A DNA stretch of 62,770 bases, counting the filler, from Collodictyon triciliatum (Eukaryota): NCBI GenBank assembly GCA_043381765.1. It is 17 parts of 17 records of this genome, joined end to end, with 100 filler letters (N's around TTAATTAATTAA, not from the genome) between each part and the next. Parts side by side here need not be neighbours in the genome. Positions count along the whole stretch, not along the records: positions 1 to 6,154 come from JBHJMP010007329.1; positions 6,255 to 9,691 come from JBHJMP010007331.1; positions 9,792 to 13,227 come from JBHJMP010007332.1; 14 more parts are not named here. One strand, written 5' to 3'. Shown one piece after another: positions 1 through 11,826 of the stretch. A program made the translations under genes and the position numbers. The notes below the pieces were generated by a model. The model saw only the letters and a program-made list of their open reading frames with translations. It did not search any database and was not told the origin of the DNA. The first letter of the stretch is position 1. Each line of letters opens with the position of its first letter.

Positions 1-663
1 TTTTGCAATTTAATAAGAGTTGCTTCCAGTATTTCTCACCAAGGCTTTCTATTTTTACATGATGACATAAATGCTCTACAATTATTGCCAGAATTTGATT
101 CGATCTTGCTTTATTTCAATAGTCATTCTTTTTCTTCAAAACATGTGTGTGGTACTTATAGCTACTTAAGATGTAGCGATACTTTAAACTTCTTACAGCC
201 TTCAGACATTTCTTTTGCCGATCAGCTTGATATCATGTCAGATACTTACTTAAATTACGAAGAATGTAAGTCCTGTCCATGATGCGAACGTCTTGGTCCC
301 AGTCATTGATATATCTGAAAAATAAATGAGAAAAGGGCAGAATATTAATTCACTTGCCTGCGTAATGGTCATTTATATTACATGTGTGAGAAAAATATAA
401 GAGACAATCATCTAGATGAATATTGGAATGGTTTTTTTTAATTATGGACGAAAAATGGCTTACCTTTCAGGAAATAGGTAGACAGAGTTGTTATAGACGG
501 TGTTTCCACGAGTCGCAAAGCCGGGCGGGTAGTTTGTCAGGATGGACCACTGGTTGATTTGCGAATCAACAACCTGGCTGGAAAAGCCAAATACATGCGG
601 CAGTGCGAGAAGAAGCACCAGATAAGCACTATGTCCGAAGGCGGAGGGAGGCGTGGACCGCAT
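1..663 (-). CDS. Hypothetical secreted protein, 5' part (runs off the window start)
   Basis: ATG at 663 is followed by a signal-peptide-like stretch (MRSTPPSAFGHSAYLVLLLALPHVFG). Exons 663-464, 314-~251 and ~50-1 join in consistent phase through GT-AG introns (...YLFPER|YINDWDQDVRIMDRTYILRNL|KSLGEKYWKQLL). No family recognised. Confidence 0.45.
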
Positions 664-2522
664 TCTCCAAGGGAAAAGTCTCACTGGGACAGTCAAAAAG
701 AGTTTCCTCACAGAAATGTTGGTTTTGGTCTTGTCAAGTGAGGGCAGTCACCAGGCGAGTTTGCGAATGTGAGCAGAGGAGAAGGGTTTGCGCTGATGTG
801 GGATAAAGGGTCGAGCTTCTTGCTGGCTAGTAAGGAGAGAGGGCAGAAAAGAGGTAGGTTCTGTTAAGTTTCGTTTAGAGTGGGGTGAATCCCCAGGCAC
901 GTGATTGGACTTGTAATGTAACATGGAAAGGAAAATAGAGGGGAATGTGATAAGGCTCTCGAAGCCAGAATTCTGTTTGTCTAATTATCCTGGTTTTGTT
1001 AATCTCATAGTTGCTTTTCCTCTCCTTGTTCTCGTTGTTCTCGTTGTTCTCGTTGTTCTAGTTGTCTGTGCGATTGGTTTAATTGGGGACCGGGGTGAGA
1101 TGGTTTTTTATATTCGCAACGGATGTATGAAGGAAAGTCGCATTCATTTATTTGTTTTCTCTGGTTATATGGCCAAGAAAAAATTGCCCATGTTCTTGCC
1201 GTGGAAAATGTGGGCAAGCTTTTTTTCTTCTTCAAAATCATGTTTGAATTCAGGGCCAGCGCACTTCAGCGTTGGTTTCAGTGGAATAAGTCCTTTGTTG
1301 AATCATTTCCATGAACTCTTTAGTATCTCATTCGTATGTTTTTTTCAAATATTCAAAGGCAAACAAATAGAAATTTAGAAAATTATTGTGGCTTCACGTG
1401 ATTCGACGATTCCTTCAAAGGCTCTTGAAAAAATTTGTTCAATAAAACTGAAGGGGACAGCCCCGACGAAATATTGAGTTGCACGTCATCGGACTCTCGT
1501 GGTATATTTTATTGAAATTCTTTCGGTTATGACTTAATTTAACGAAAAAATGTGTCCTCTATATACCGCAGCAAAGTTTTCGCGCCAGATTTTTGGGTTT
1601 TTTCCCGTAAGCGAGCTAATTCCATAGAAGTATTATGGAAACGACTTGTGGGGCACTGGGAATCCCATATATGAGCATAGTTTTGCATTTTCATCGAAGA
1701 ATACTCTTCCCAATTTTCCCAACCACCATGGATTTTTCTTGTTGGGTTACTCAAGCCCGGTTTATTTGACCAACTGGTCTGATTTGGAATTTTTAATAAT
1801 TTGACATTTACGACCATCATGACGCTGCGGCAATAGTTCAGTCTGCTAATAAAAAATGCCACATATCTGATTCTAACATTATGAGAAAGCCTCACTTTCT
1901 TAACCTCAAAGGCCATTAGATGGAGTCTCATGTCACCTCGGTCACCCCGAGACTGCCAGTGGCCTAAAAATTATAGAAAGGCTATTAAAGCAAAACCCAT
2001 TCACGCTTTTAGTTCACCCATCGAAGTGGAAGAATAAGCGAAGGTGTAGTGGCAAAAAGCAATCCTGCCAAAAGCAAGTTTGCTAAAAAAGAAACATCAT
2101 TTTTTAACATACACAATTTAGATGATTCCGTCCAATGTAGATACAAAATACATTTAAAGGAGAACCAACTGGCTAACTTAGAGGCGAGTTTACAAATGAT
2201 GAGAATATTTTATCTTTTATGCATTGTACATGGAATCGGATAAAGGAAAATAATCTTTCATATGTAGCAGATTGCAAGTACAGGTACGCAATTCAGTTAG
2301 AAAGCTTCCCAATCACATCCATACATTCTCGGATCAGAACAACTCGAAAGGGAGTATCATATTATATGTGACTTGTATACCTGCAAAGGGTCTATTCTAT
2401 ATTTGTTTCTTAAACCTATTTCAATAGGATTGAATCGAAAAAAATATTCAGCATGATCAAAAGTCGTGATGTTTGCTCAGAAGAGTTCACATTGGCATAA
2501 AATTTTATGGTTTTGAAATATA

Positions 2523-2812
<290 letters not shown>

Positions 2813-4582
2813 TAATCATAATCATAATAATTCACGCGGTATTGATTCTAGAATTCCTGTGGATTTTTCATCTTTTGTGGTATTATCACCTCTATAATAT
2901 ATAGGTGATAATACCACATCTTTATACAAATCAAAAACTATTTTCAAGGTTTATCAAAGATGCGCTTAAAATAAAAAGAAAACAGAAAATAAAGGCATAG
3001 GCAAGATATACTCGCTGACATATGGGAGTAGGAAATAATATTGAACATATTCATAAATTTTCATAAAATACTCTATCAAGCTTGATGGTATGTAAATGTC
3101 AGCAAGAGAATGCAGGGCTTCAGTAGATTTCAATCGCATCGGATTTTTTTAAATAAAATTCATATTCTTCTTGTTTGCGAACAAATAAATAGCGCTATAT
3201 AGTTTTTCACAGTCGCTATAAAGAGGCGCAGTCGTGGATATCTTGTGCGCAACATGGCATAGTTTATTTTATTACAGAGCCTTATGTCTCAATAGTAGAT
3301 GGAGCAGGGTGGATAAATATAACTAGCATGCATATTAAGAAAGAATTAAATGTAAACAAGCAAGATCAAGAATGATCTAGCTGAATCTTTGTTGTACAGC
3401 CTGCCCACGGATTTCTAAACTTCATGATGAAAATACAGCACCCGCTAATCTCACGGTATACAGTCAAGATTGTATGGACTAACCCTTCAGCTCTGGTTGA
3501 TCAATATTCCAGTACCCTTTGCTCATCTCATATAGTAATTTGAAGCCTTTAATTATTTCTTTACTACTCTTGGGAGGTTATCACGAGAGTTTTTTTTAAC
3601 TTGAGCAAATGGAATCGGCGAAGCATTAACAATTGCATTTAAAGTGAGCATCAAGGTGCTGACCAAGTCCCAAAAAAAAAAAAAAAGGATGCCAATGCCT
3701 TTAAAATGATAAATTGATATTCCTGATATTTGGTGAATGTACTGCTTTTTTTTTTAAGGGCCAAAATCAATTATTGGGGATATTTATGTGTTTTGTGGTG
3801 GCTTGGCATCCTCTCGCCGGCAAGATTCAAATAATGCGTACAAAGAAAAAAAGCTATTGCTATCACCCCACANNNNNNNNNNNNNNNNNNNNNNNNNNNN
3901 NNNNNNNNNNNNNNNNNNNNNNNNNNNNNNNNNNNNNNNNNNNNNNNNNNNNNNNNNNNNNNNNNNNNNNNNNNNNNNNNNNNNNNNNNNNNNNNNNNNN
4001 NNNNNNNNNNNNNNNNNNNNNNNNNNNNNNNNNNNNNNNNNNNNNNNNNNNNNNNNNNNNNNNNNNNNNNNNNNNNNNNNNNNNNNNNNNNNNNNNNNNN
4101 NNNNNNNNNNNNNNNNNNNNNNNNNNNNNNNNNNNNNNNNNNNNNNNNNNNNNNNNNNNNNNNNNNNNNNNNNNNNNNNNNNNNNNNNNNNNNNNNNNNN
4201 NNNNNNNNNNNNNNNNNNNNNNNNNNNNNNNNNNNNNNNNNNNNNNNNNNNNNNNNNNNNNNNNNNNNNNNNNNNNNNNNNNNNNNNNNNNNNNNNNNNN
4301 NNNNNNNNNNNNNNNNNNNNNNNNNNNNNNNNNNNNNNNNNNNACTTGCGGTGGCCCGAGAACAGCTGGAGGCTGGGTTCATCGAAGCTACCCACAAACA
4401 CCGCAGCAAGTGACCAAATCTTTTCTTTTCTTTACTTTTCTCGTTCCCTTCCCTTCCCCTCCCTTCCCTTTCCTTTCCTCTCCCCTCATCTTGAGACGCC
4501 AACAAAGCGAGAAAGCTACTCGAGCGCCGCACGCAAACAAGAGGCTTGCTCTTCATAGACCCACACGCGACCAGGGAGACGG

Positions 4583-5025
4583 ATGGCGCAGCAACGGCCG
4601 AGACCCTATGCCGCAAAAGACGGCGTGCTCCTGAAATGGTACGTGCCTGCCCTGCTGGCCTGGAGAGTGCAAAGCCGCTTGCCGGGCCAGAAGAAAGCCC
4701 CTCGCACCTTCCTGCTCTCCTGCCCTTTTGCTTTCACCCCAAGCAAACACCCGCTGCCACGCCCCACCGCACTAAGCAGAGTTTTTCCTTTTCGTTGCGG
4801 CCCTGGTTGCGGCTGGCGAACCCCTGCTGCAGCGACGAGCCGCTCAGACAGTACCTGCTGATCGAGAACCGGAGGCTGATCGAGAGCAGAAGGCCTCCCT
4901 TTGTGATAGACGAACTGGCAGGAAGCGGCGAGTACCTCTTCGTCCTTGAGGACAAGCTGGAGGAGATCAAACGGCATTGGGACGCGCACATCAAAAAGTA
5001 CACGCACGACAAGGAGGAGAAGTAG
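4583..5025 (+). CDS. GTF2H5: TFIIH subunit Tfb5/TTDA (82 aa, 2 exons)
   Basis: Exons 4583-4638 and 4833-5025 (GTACGT...CTGCAG intron) give MAQQRPRPYAAKDGVLLKCDEPLRQYLL...FVIDEL...YLFV...EEK*. This matches the Tfb5 pattern GVLxxCDxxxxQFLL...FII.DI...VFV and the expected small size. Confidence 0.8.
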
Positions 5026-5258
5026 GTCTGCGCTGCCGCCCGTGCCGGTCATAAACTCGCACAAAGAGTTGCGGCTGCAAAGCATTCAGAGCGCACCAGC
5101 CTGTGGGTGGGCTCTGCGTACCCCATCGTTCTACCACCTGCGCCCCACCCGTCGCCGCACCTTTTCTCCCCAAGCATAGCGCCATGCACACCGGCATCAG
5201 AGTCGTTAACGCTTCCACATGGTTTATAATCTGCGTGTTTGCCTTGCCTCCTGAACGC

Positions 5259-5906
5259 TCACGCTTCTTTCATGGTGTCCTCTTCAGTTTCAAGTTCGAT
5301 GATGTCGTCGCCAGAAGTGTCCTCCACTTCTTCAATCTCCTCGTCTTCATCTGTTGCCTCTTCCTCGACGTCGTGATTGGCTTCAGCCTCTTCCACCAAT
5401 TGTTGCTCCCTTTTGGACAACCAGGAACCTGGTTTCAGAAGTAAGTGATGGGTGAGGCTATTGCACTCACAAATGTACTTGGGTCTTGTGACTTTCGAGG
5501 GATTGCAAACCTTCATTGAAGTTTAGAAGGGCTTTGGTACGTCCTCTGATCTTAGTGTAGACTGGTGTCTATCGAATTGAGGATAAGTAATCTATGATTG
5601 AAATACTAGAACACATATTATTTTTAGTCAAATCATTACGGAATATTGGAATTTATTCCAGGAACGAAACCACACCTATTTGTGCATAGCGACGGGAATG
5701 GCAAAAAAATAAAAAAAAATATTCATATTGTCTTTGATGGTCTAAATAGAGTCTTCGATTGTTCTCTTACAGTTTTATTTGGCTCGACGACGGCTGATAT
5801 CTTGTGGTAAAGCTGCTTCATTTCGTGGTAGCTGGACAGACGCTCATCGATCAGTTGGTAGATGTTTGACAGTATCTGAACAAGATTTGGCGACGCAATC
5901 AAGTAG
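5259..5906 (-). CDS. 3' end of a UTP5/WDR43-like protein (Utp12 domain plus acidic tail)
   Basis: The exon from 5906 reads YLIASPNLVQILSNIYQLIDERLSSYHEMKQLYHKI, resembling the WDR43 Utp12 domain ([23 protein letters not shown]...). Further exons give ...KALLNFNE|GSWLSK... and an E/D-rich tail ending at 5259. 5' part missing. Confidence 0.55.
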
Positions 5907-6066
5907 CTGCAAAAAAATTGAGGAAATGAATATTAGTTGTCTGTTGTTATCCTACAAAATCGAACAAAGAGACAATTATAGAATAAAACAAAACAAAAAA
6001 AAAAGTGAGGTGGTGTTGCAGAAATTCACCAGATATCTTGTGATTCGGAGCCGATGTCAATAAAAA

Positions 6067-6098
<32 letters not shown>

Positions 6099-6154
6099 AA
6101 AATTTTTTTTTTTTTAAAATGATTTTTTTTTTTTTTTTGAATATTTGAGGTAGG

Positions 6155-6254
6155 NNNNNNNNNNNNNNNNNNNNNNNNNNNNNNNNNNNNNNNNNNNNTT
6201 AATTAATTAANNNNNNNNNNNNNNNNNNNNNNNNNNNNNNNNNNNNNNNNNNNN
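6155..6254. other. Artificial contig spacer N44-TTAATTAATTAA-N44 (first of 16)
   Basis: Identical 100-nt spacers also start at 9692, 13228, 16764, 20301, 23836, 27371, 30905, 34439, 37972, 41504, 45036, 48567, 52098, 55712 and 59242. The 12-mer places stop codons in all six frames. Contig lengths fall from ~3437 to ~3429. Confidence 0.98.
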
Positions 6255-6317
<63 letters not shown>

Positions 6318-6348
6318 AAAGCGGGTATTAAAGTGCCTCTTGATTAAG

Positions 6349-6767
6349 ATGGTAACGAGCTTAGCGTCACACTGTTGAAGCAAAAGAGACACGAAGTTTG
6401 GCTCTCTGTAGTGAAGGGGAAGGATGAGTTGAATCCTGCAGACAAGGACCAGATTGAGAGAAAGATGATGCTTCAAAAGTTCCAGGAAGAGGTTGAAAAT
6501 CAAATGTATATGTGTACATACATACGTATCATTATGCGAAGCAGATTTCTTTTCATAAACATTACAGAAACATATCTTCTTTATATAAGATGAACACGAA
6601 AATGTAACAACTCAAATCATAAAAACAATAGTACATTTCCCTTCAGTCACGTATACTCAGCCTATATCAACCTGCAATCAAACTAGACTCCTGGATTTGA
6701 CTTTTCTGGTGCCGAGTTTACAGGCGCAGTGCCAAAAGACCCGGCCAACTTCAACCGCTTCAATTGA
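6349..6767 (+). CDS. NUDCD2: NudC domain-containing protein 2, last two exons
   Basis: Exons 6349-6491 and 6687-6767 give ...VWLSVVKGKDELNPADKDQIERKMMLQKFQEE|TPGFDFSGAEFTGAVPKD...*, the characteristic NUDCD2 C-terminal motif (LMLERFQEENPGFDFSGAEF). Confidence 0.88.
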
Positions 6768-7397
6768 TCATCTGGAATAAACATACCAGGGTATCGGATC
6801 AATCTTACATTTTTCCTATATCTTTTTTTCTCTTTCTCTGTTTGTTTGATTCTTTCTCAGCGAATGAATGGCTGCTAGCGAAAATACTCTGAAGTATTCG
6901 CAGCAGGTCTCCCAAAATTGTATCGGAGCAACAACGAATTGGCTCAGACTCGGATGTGCAAAAACAGCCTCCATAAACCGTTGTGATTCCTTCAATAGAT
7001 ACCGCGCTTTGGGCATTTGTGCTTTGTGAACCTCTCGAAGTGAATGTCAAACGTTTCATTTCTTTTTCTCTTTCGTTCGGTTCAAAGTTTGGTTTCATCC
7101 CATGAAAAGTACCTAAACTAGAGGTTCAATTGATTGCTCACGGAAAATATGAACAAACAACATTACGCATGTTTCAAGAGCGAAAGTGAATGGAAAACAT
7201 AAATTCAATCACCCCATTTTTGTTACTGTCACTCGATGAACCAGATTAGACACTATTGTTATTTAATTTATTTTTTTGTTTATTTATTATTCATTAGGAA
7301 GTAACGTCCTGATGGATTAAGGTATCAATTACTTTAATTTAAAAAAAGATAGATGGGTGCCATCGGAAAAAAACGGAGAACTAGATGGTTTTTTAAA

Positions 7398-9238
7398 CTA
7401 GACATTTTCATCTTTTTCATCCGAATCGAGGTCAATCATCGCTCTCAGTGGTCGAATAGGTTCCAGTCGGCTAGAAGATGACGCGGTGCCTCCTCCAGTT
7501 AATGGAGTTGGAAGAGCCGTATGAGAGTCAGCTTCAAATTTAATGTGAGTGTACCACATGAGACCCAGAATGGATAGTATAATTCCCATCGAATTCATCC
7601 ATGTAATAGGGTAGTTAAACTGTAAGTATCCTACGAATATCACAATGATGGTTTTGAAATGACCCATCACGTTATATCTAATTTAATGTAATTTTTTTTT
7701 AATAATAATAAATTAATAGTCAAGACTGTAATTAAATTTTCGATCAGGGAAAAGCCATTGTTATTAGGAAAATGATTACAACATAGAAAATGAGCTCGAT
7801 CCCAAACGAAATCGAGAGTGAGGAAAAAGAAAATATTTACGTCAATGGCCCCGCTAGATCAATTAGGAAATAGTTGCTCAGGTTAAATACAAAAGCCAGA
7901 ATAGAAGATAAAAGGATAATGTGCTGTTTGTTGGATTGTACTGATTAATCATAAAAATAAACATACACGACTAATTTGGATATTACTATTTCATTTACTC
8001 CATTCAAAGAATTTGTATATTATTTAAATATAGTCATTCTATTTATTGCTATTATTTTTTACGATGGATACGGGGACATGAGTGATTGCATCATATTAGT
8101 TCTTAAAATAAGAATTACCACTAGCGAGCCTGTCATCTCAAATTCAAGGAGTCCTTCTCTTCCAGTGATATTATCGAACGCTGGTGTCAAAAGCACTAAG
8201 AATAGTGACGAGAGAGGCGCTTGGTAATAGAGAAGCTGCATGCTGTTGACCCCCAGCTCCTTATGCTTTGATCCTGTCAGCTTCCATATATACGTCCAGT
8301 TTATTCAGTGTATTTGCGTGTTATAACTAATGAAACACAGATTTCGTTTGGATCAATCATTAGCATTTGAAAAATATTTTTAAGTGTACCACTTGACTCC
8401 CAGCCTTGGCAAACTCTCCCAGAACAGCGATAATAGAGCCAACAAGATTAAGTTCAACATCAGTAAAAGTAGCGAGACCGATTCCGACGCATGTGCAAGC
8501 GAGAGATAGTTTTAAACGATGGGAAAAGTACGCCCCATAAAAAATGCTCTGTATTAAAACTACTAAAGGGATGGTAAACGCTTTCATCACTTGGTAAAAT
8601 CCAACAGAATTATACTGCAGGCTCAGATTATTCAGAGTAACAAATAATGCATGCATGAATGAGAGAGTAAAAACATCTCTGTATTTTAGGGATTTCTTTT
8701 GTAGCACTCCAGCCAACATGCATAATCGAAGACCAATAGAGCAAACGGCAAAATGAACCAAAGTGATGAATGTACCTATGCCAAAAAGAAATTACACCAA
8801 TGTCCGATAGTGGCTTTTTAATTTTTCTTCGTAGTTGTTTGATTTTATTTTATTTTATTTTATTTTATTTTATTTTATTTTATTTTATTTTATTTTATTT
8901 TATTTTATTTTATTTTATTTTATTTTATTTTATTTTATTTTTAGTGAATATTAGAATTTAGATATATGTATATCTGCTGCAAATATAAGACTTCAAAAAA
9001 AGATAGATAATTTACCAAAGTTGAAATTATAGAAGTAGAAAATGGACTTGTTGACGGAGACCAGCAAGATGGAGACAACAATGTTGAATAACATTGAAAG
9101 ACCCACGTAGCAACTTCTCTCAAGCATGCGTTTACTTCCTATACCATACTCTGCCCTCCAGAGTCCTCGTTGGACCATTTTACTTGGTGGTCGCATCGGA
9201 GTGAGTCGTGGAACTTCTGCTACAACTTGAATGAGCAT
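7398..9238 (-). CDS. Nucleotide-sugar transporter, SLC35E3/UXT-like (triose-phosphate transporter family), 5 exons
   Basis: Spliced motifs NIVVSILLVSVNK, LNNLSLQYNSVGFYQVMK, MQLLYYQAP, NLSNYFLI..AGPLTYNVMGHFKT; multiple TM helices; canonical GT-AG introns in consistent phase. Confidence 0.9.
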
Positions 9239-9617
9239 TTTTTTTCATTATGATTATTGGCGATATTAAAGAGATTCCCTATGCACATGTTTATATCTCT
9301 CCCTTAAAAGTTTTTCTATGTATGGCTGTAATACTTCAAAAAGGCAAACTAAAAAAAAAAACGATGGAACTGTGCGTATCGATATATGCTATGAACGTAT
9401 AAAAGAGATGTTTTGGGCGGGACTTACATTCCTTCGGTCTTTCGCCAAGTCTCTCAATCATGGCGATCGTCTGACGCCCTTTATATTTATTTTTTTTTTA
9501 TTAGAGCTATTGTAGGTGGTGGCGCTGCGCATTTTTCTGTAGCCATCCCTTTTGTATCTTTGTAGTTTCGTGCTCTCGTTTTATTTTGTGTTTTCTCTCT
9601 TCTAATGCTTTTTTTTT

Positions 9618-9691
<74 letters not shown>

Positions 9692-10993
9692 NNNNNNNNN
9701 NNNNNNNNNNNNNNNNNNNNNNNNNNNNNNNNNNNTTAATTAATTAANNNNNNNNNNNNNNNNNNNNNNNNNNNNNNNNNNNNNNNNNNNNACCATTCAT
9801 CCATTCCCGGCGAGGCACCCATGCATTCTTCCTGGTTTGTACTGCCGTGGTAATTCTCACTTCCTTAACATCAATTATTGGTCCATATGCAATTAGGTTT
9901 CTCTATCCTTAAATCATTGCTTCATGCTAAATTATTACAAAGTCCAGAAAACATTTCTGTTCGGGGTTTACGAATATTTTGTCATGTCCGTAGATAGCCG
10001 ATTGCTATATATATTTTTTTTCCTCTGCCCTTCTTTCGAATCACATTGCCTTGGCTGCGAACCACGGAGCCATTTTGTTTCTTCTTTTGGAATTTACCAT
10101 ATGTATTATACTTTGTGGTAAATTTTGCCATGAGTGGTATATAACAAATATTGTAAAATAAAATTTACAAAATATAATCGGATTGCACCACCAAAGGAAA
10201 GAGAAAGAAAGACTGAAAGGTACCAGAACCTTCAAATTTTGGAAGATTCTTTAAAAATATTATATAGTGGAATTTATATATTATTTTATAATTATGGTAG
10301 CATATATTGATATCATGAACTTTATTGAATCAATTCTTATGTGACTATACAATATTAAGATATATGAGGGTAGTGGGGTCACCAGGGTTGGGTATCCAGA
10401 GACTTCCAAGAAATTTCCAGGGAAACGCACAAAGGCTTGGTACAAAAGAAGAAGTAGGGCAGATTGGTATATTTCCATTTATGGAGTAGATATCCTTATA
10501 AAGCAAGGAGGGCGTCAAAGGCATGCACCTAATTGGGGAGGGTAGGGCCAAATCCGTTCCGGCCCCGGAAATAGGAGGCGAGTGCCGGATGGGGAGGGGG
10601 CCTGCAGGAAATGGGCAATGGCCACGGGAAGCAGTGCGGCGCAGGAGGAGGTATATAGACCAAAACACACAGCCTTTCTCGTTGCAGAACATATATAAAC
10701 TGGTGGGGTCGCCCATTTTTCTCCCTTCAGAAATACAAACATTCACACAGCGAGATCGAGAGATGAATCACAACACGCCCAGAGGACACAGAGCGCAGCA
10801 AAGAGCATCAAGCTCATAAGATGGCACAATGGGACACGAACTGAAATGGCCTACCCTTTGAACCGGCTTGGGATGGTATGATGCGAGCCTGGTTGGTGGG
10901 GCCCCGCCAGAACCTGGACAGAGACGCGACCCAGGGACTTGTTACCCACTAACCCACTAACTAACCGACCCACCCACCCATCCGTGCAGCAGA

Positions 10994-11680
10994 ATGAGCC
11001 GCCCCACTACAGTCTATGCCCTGAGCGTCGTTGCGGCGCTCGCCCTTGTGATGCTAACGTGCACGCCGTCCGCCATGGGGACGCCGATCCAGCCTGCAGT
11101 GGCGGTCGGAGCGGATCCGATCCCGCGGGGGTGGGCCAACTCGTGGTTTGCGGTGCTGAGCCGCAACTGCACCAACCCGACGACGGGGCTGCGACGGCCG
11201 TACGAGGCGCATCTGAAGTGGTACGACTGGACGCTGCAGGCGCTGCGCGACGAGTGCACCACCAACGGGGTGACGAGCACGTTCCTTGCGCTGGGGACGA
11301 GCAGCTACATCTTTGCGGATGCCACGCGCGAGTGCGTCTACGTGCGCCTGCCCGTGGGGCCCGTCACGCCCGGCTGGATGTTTGGCGGCGCGTATGCCGG
11401 CCAGCAGGTCATCAACTCGGTCCCGTCCAACGTCTGGATCAAGCTGGACCATCTCTACGCCGAGGCCCTGACCGACGGCCGCACCACCCGCGTGATCTCG
11501 CCCTTTGACCAGAAGGGCGACACGGTCCAGGACGACTACGGCGTCTTCTTTGAGGGCCCGCAGGACCGCAGCCTCTTTGTGCCGCCGCCCTACTGCACCG
11601 CCGCCCGCCGCTTCGACTCGCTGGAGGAGCTGGCCAGGGACACGCGGCTGCGCAACACCTTTGTCTGCTACCTGCCCTAG
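10994..11680 (+). CDS. Secreted At4g14100-like / ependymin-related (LolA-like fold) protein, intronless
   Basis: N-terminal signal peptide; motifs WYDW, C-x5-PVGPVTPGW-x2-GAYAGQQVI-x4-SNVWIK and a terminal FVPPPYC match my recollection of the plant At4g14100 / ependymin-related family. Confidence 0.7.
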   Translation: MSRPTTVYALSVVAALALVMLTCTPSAMGTPIQPAVAVGADPIPRGWANSWFAVLSRNCTNPTTGLRRPYEAHLKWYDWTLQALRDECTTNGVTSTFLALGTSSYIFADATRECVYVRLPVGPVTPGWMFGGAYAGQQVINSVPSNVWIKLDHLYAEALTDGRTTRVISPFDQKGDTVQDDYGVFFEGPQDRSLFVPPPYCTAARRFDSLEELARDTRLRNTFVCYLP

Positions 11681-11683
11681 ATC

Positions 11684-11714
<31 letters not shown>

Positions 11715-11826
11715 CCCCTTACACACATATCTTCACAACGTACCCATCTCGACAGCCTGCCTCCCCTGGATGAATAAAAGACACGAGAGGAAGCGGCGCC
11801 GGATTCGGCATGCGTGCGCGGGGCGT

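Noticed and set aside
4344-5250. GC-rich segments as contamination from a second organism
   Set aside because: They are contiguous with AT-rich, intron-rich sequence on the same contigs and include core eukaryotic genes with the same intron style. Not formally excluded without coverage data.
6805-7098. 97-aa minus-strand ORF between NUDCD2 and the transporter
   Set aside because: No recognisable motif or splice support; it may be UTR or intergenic.
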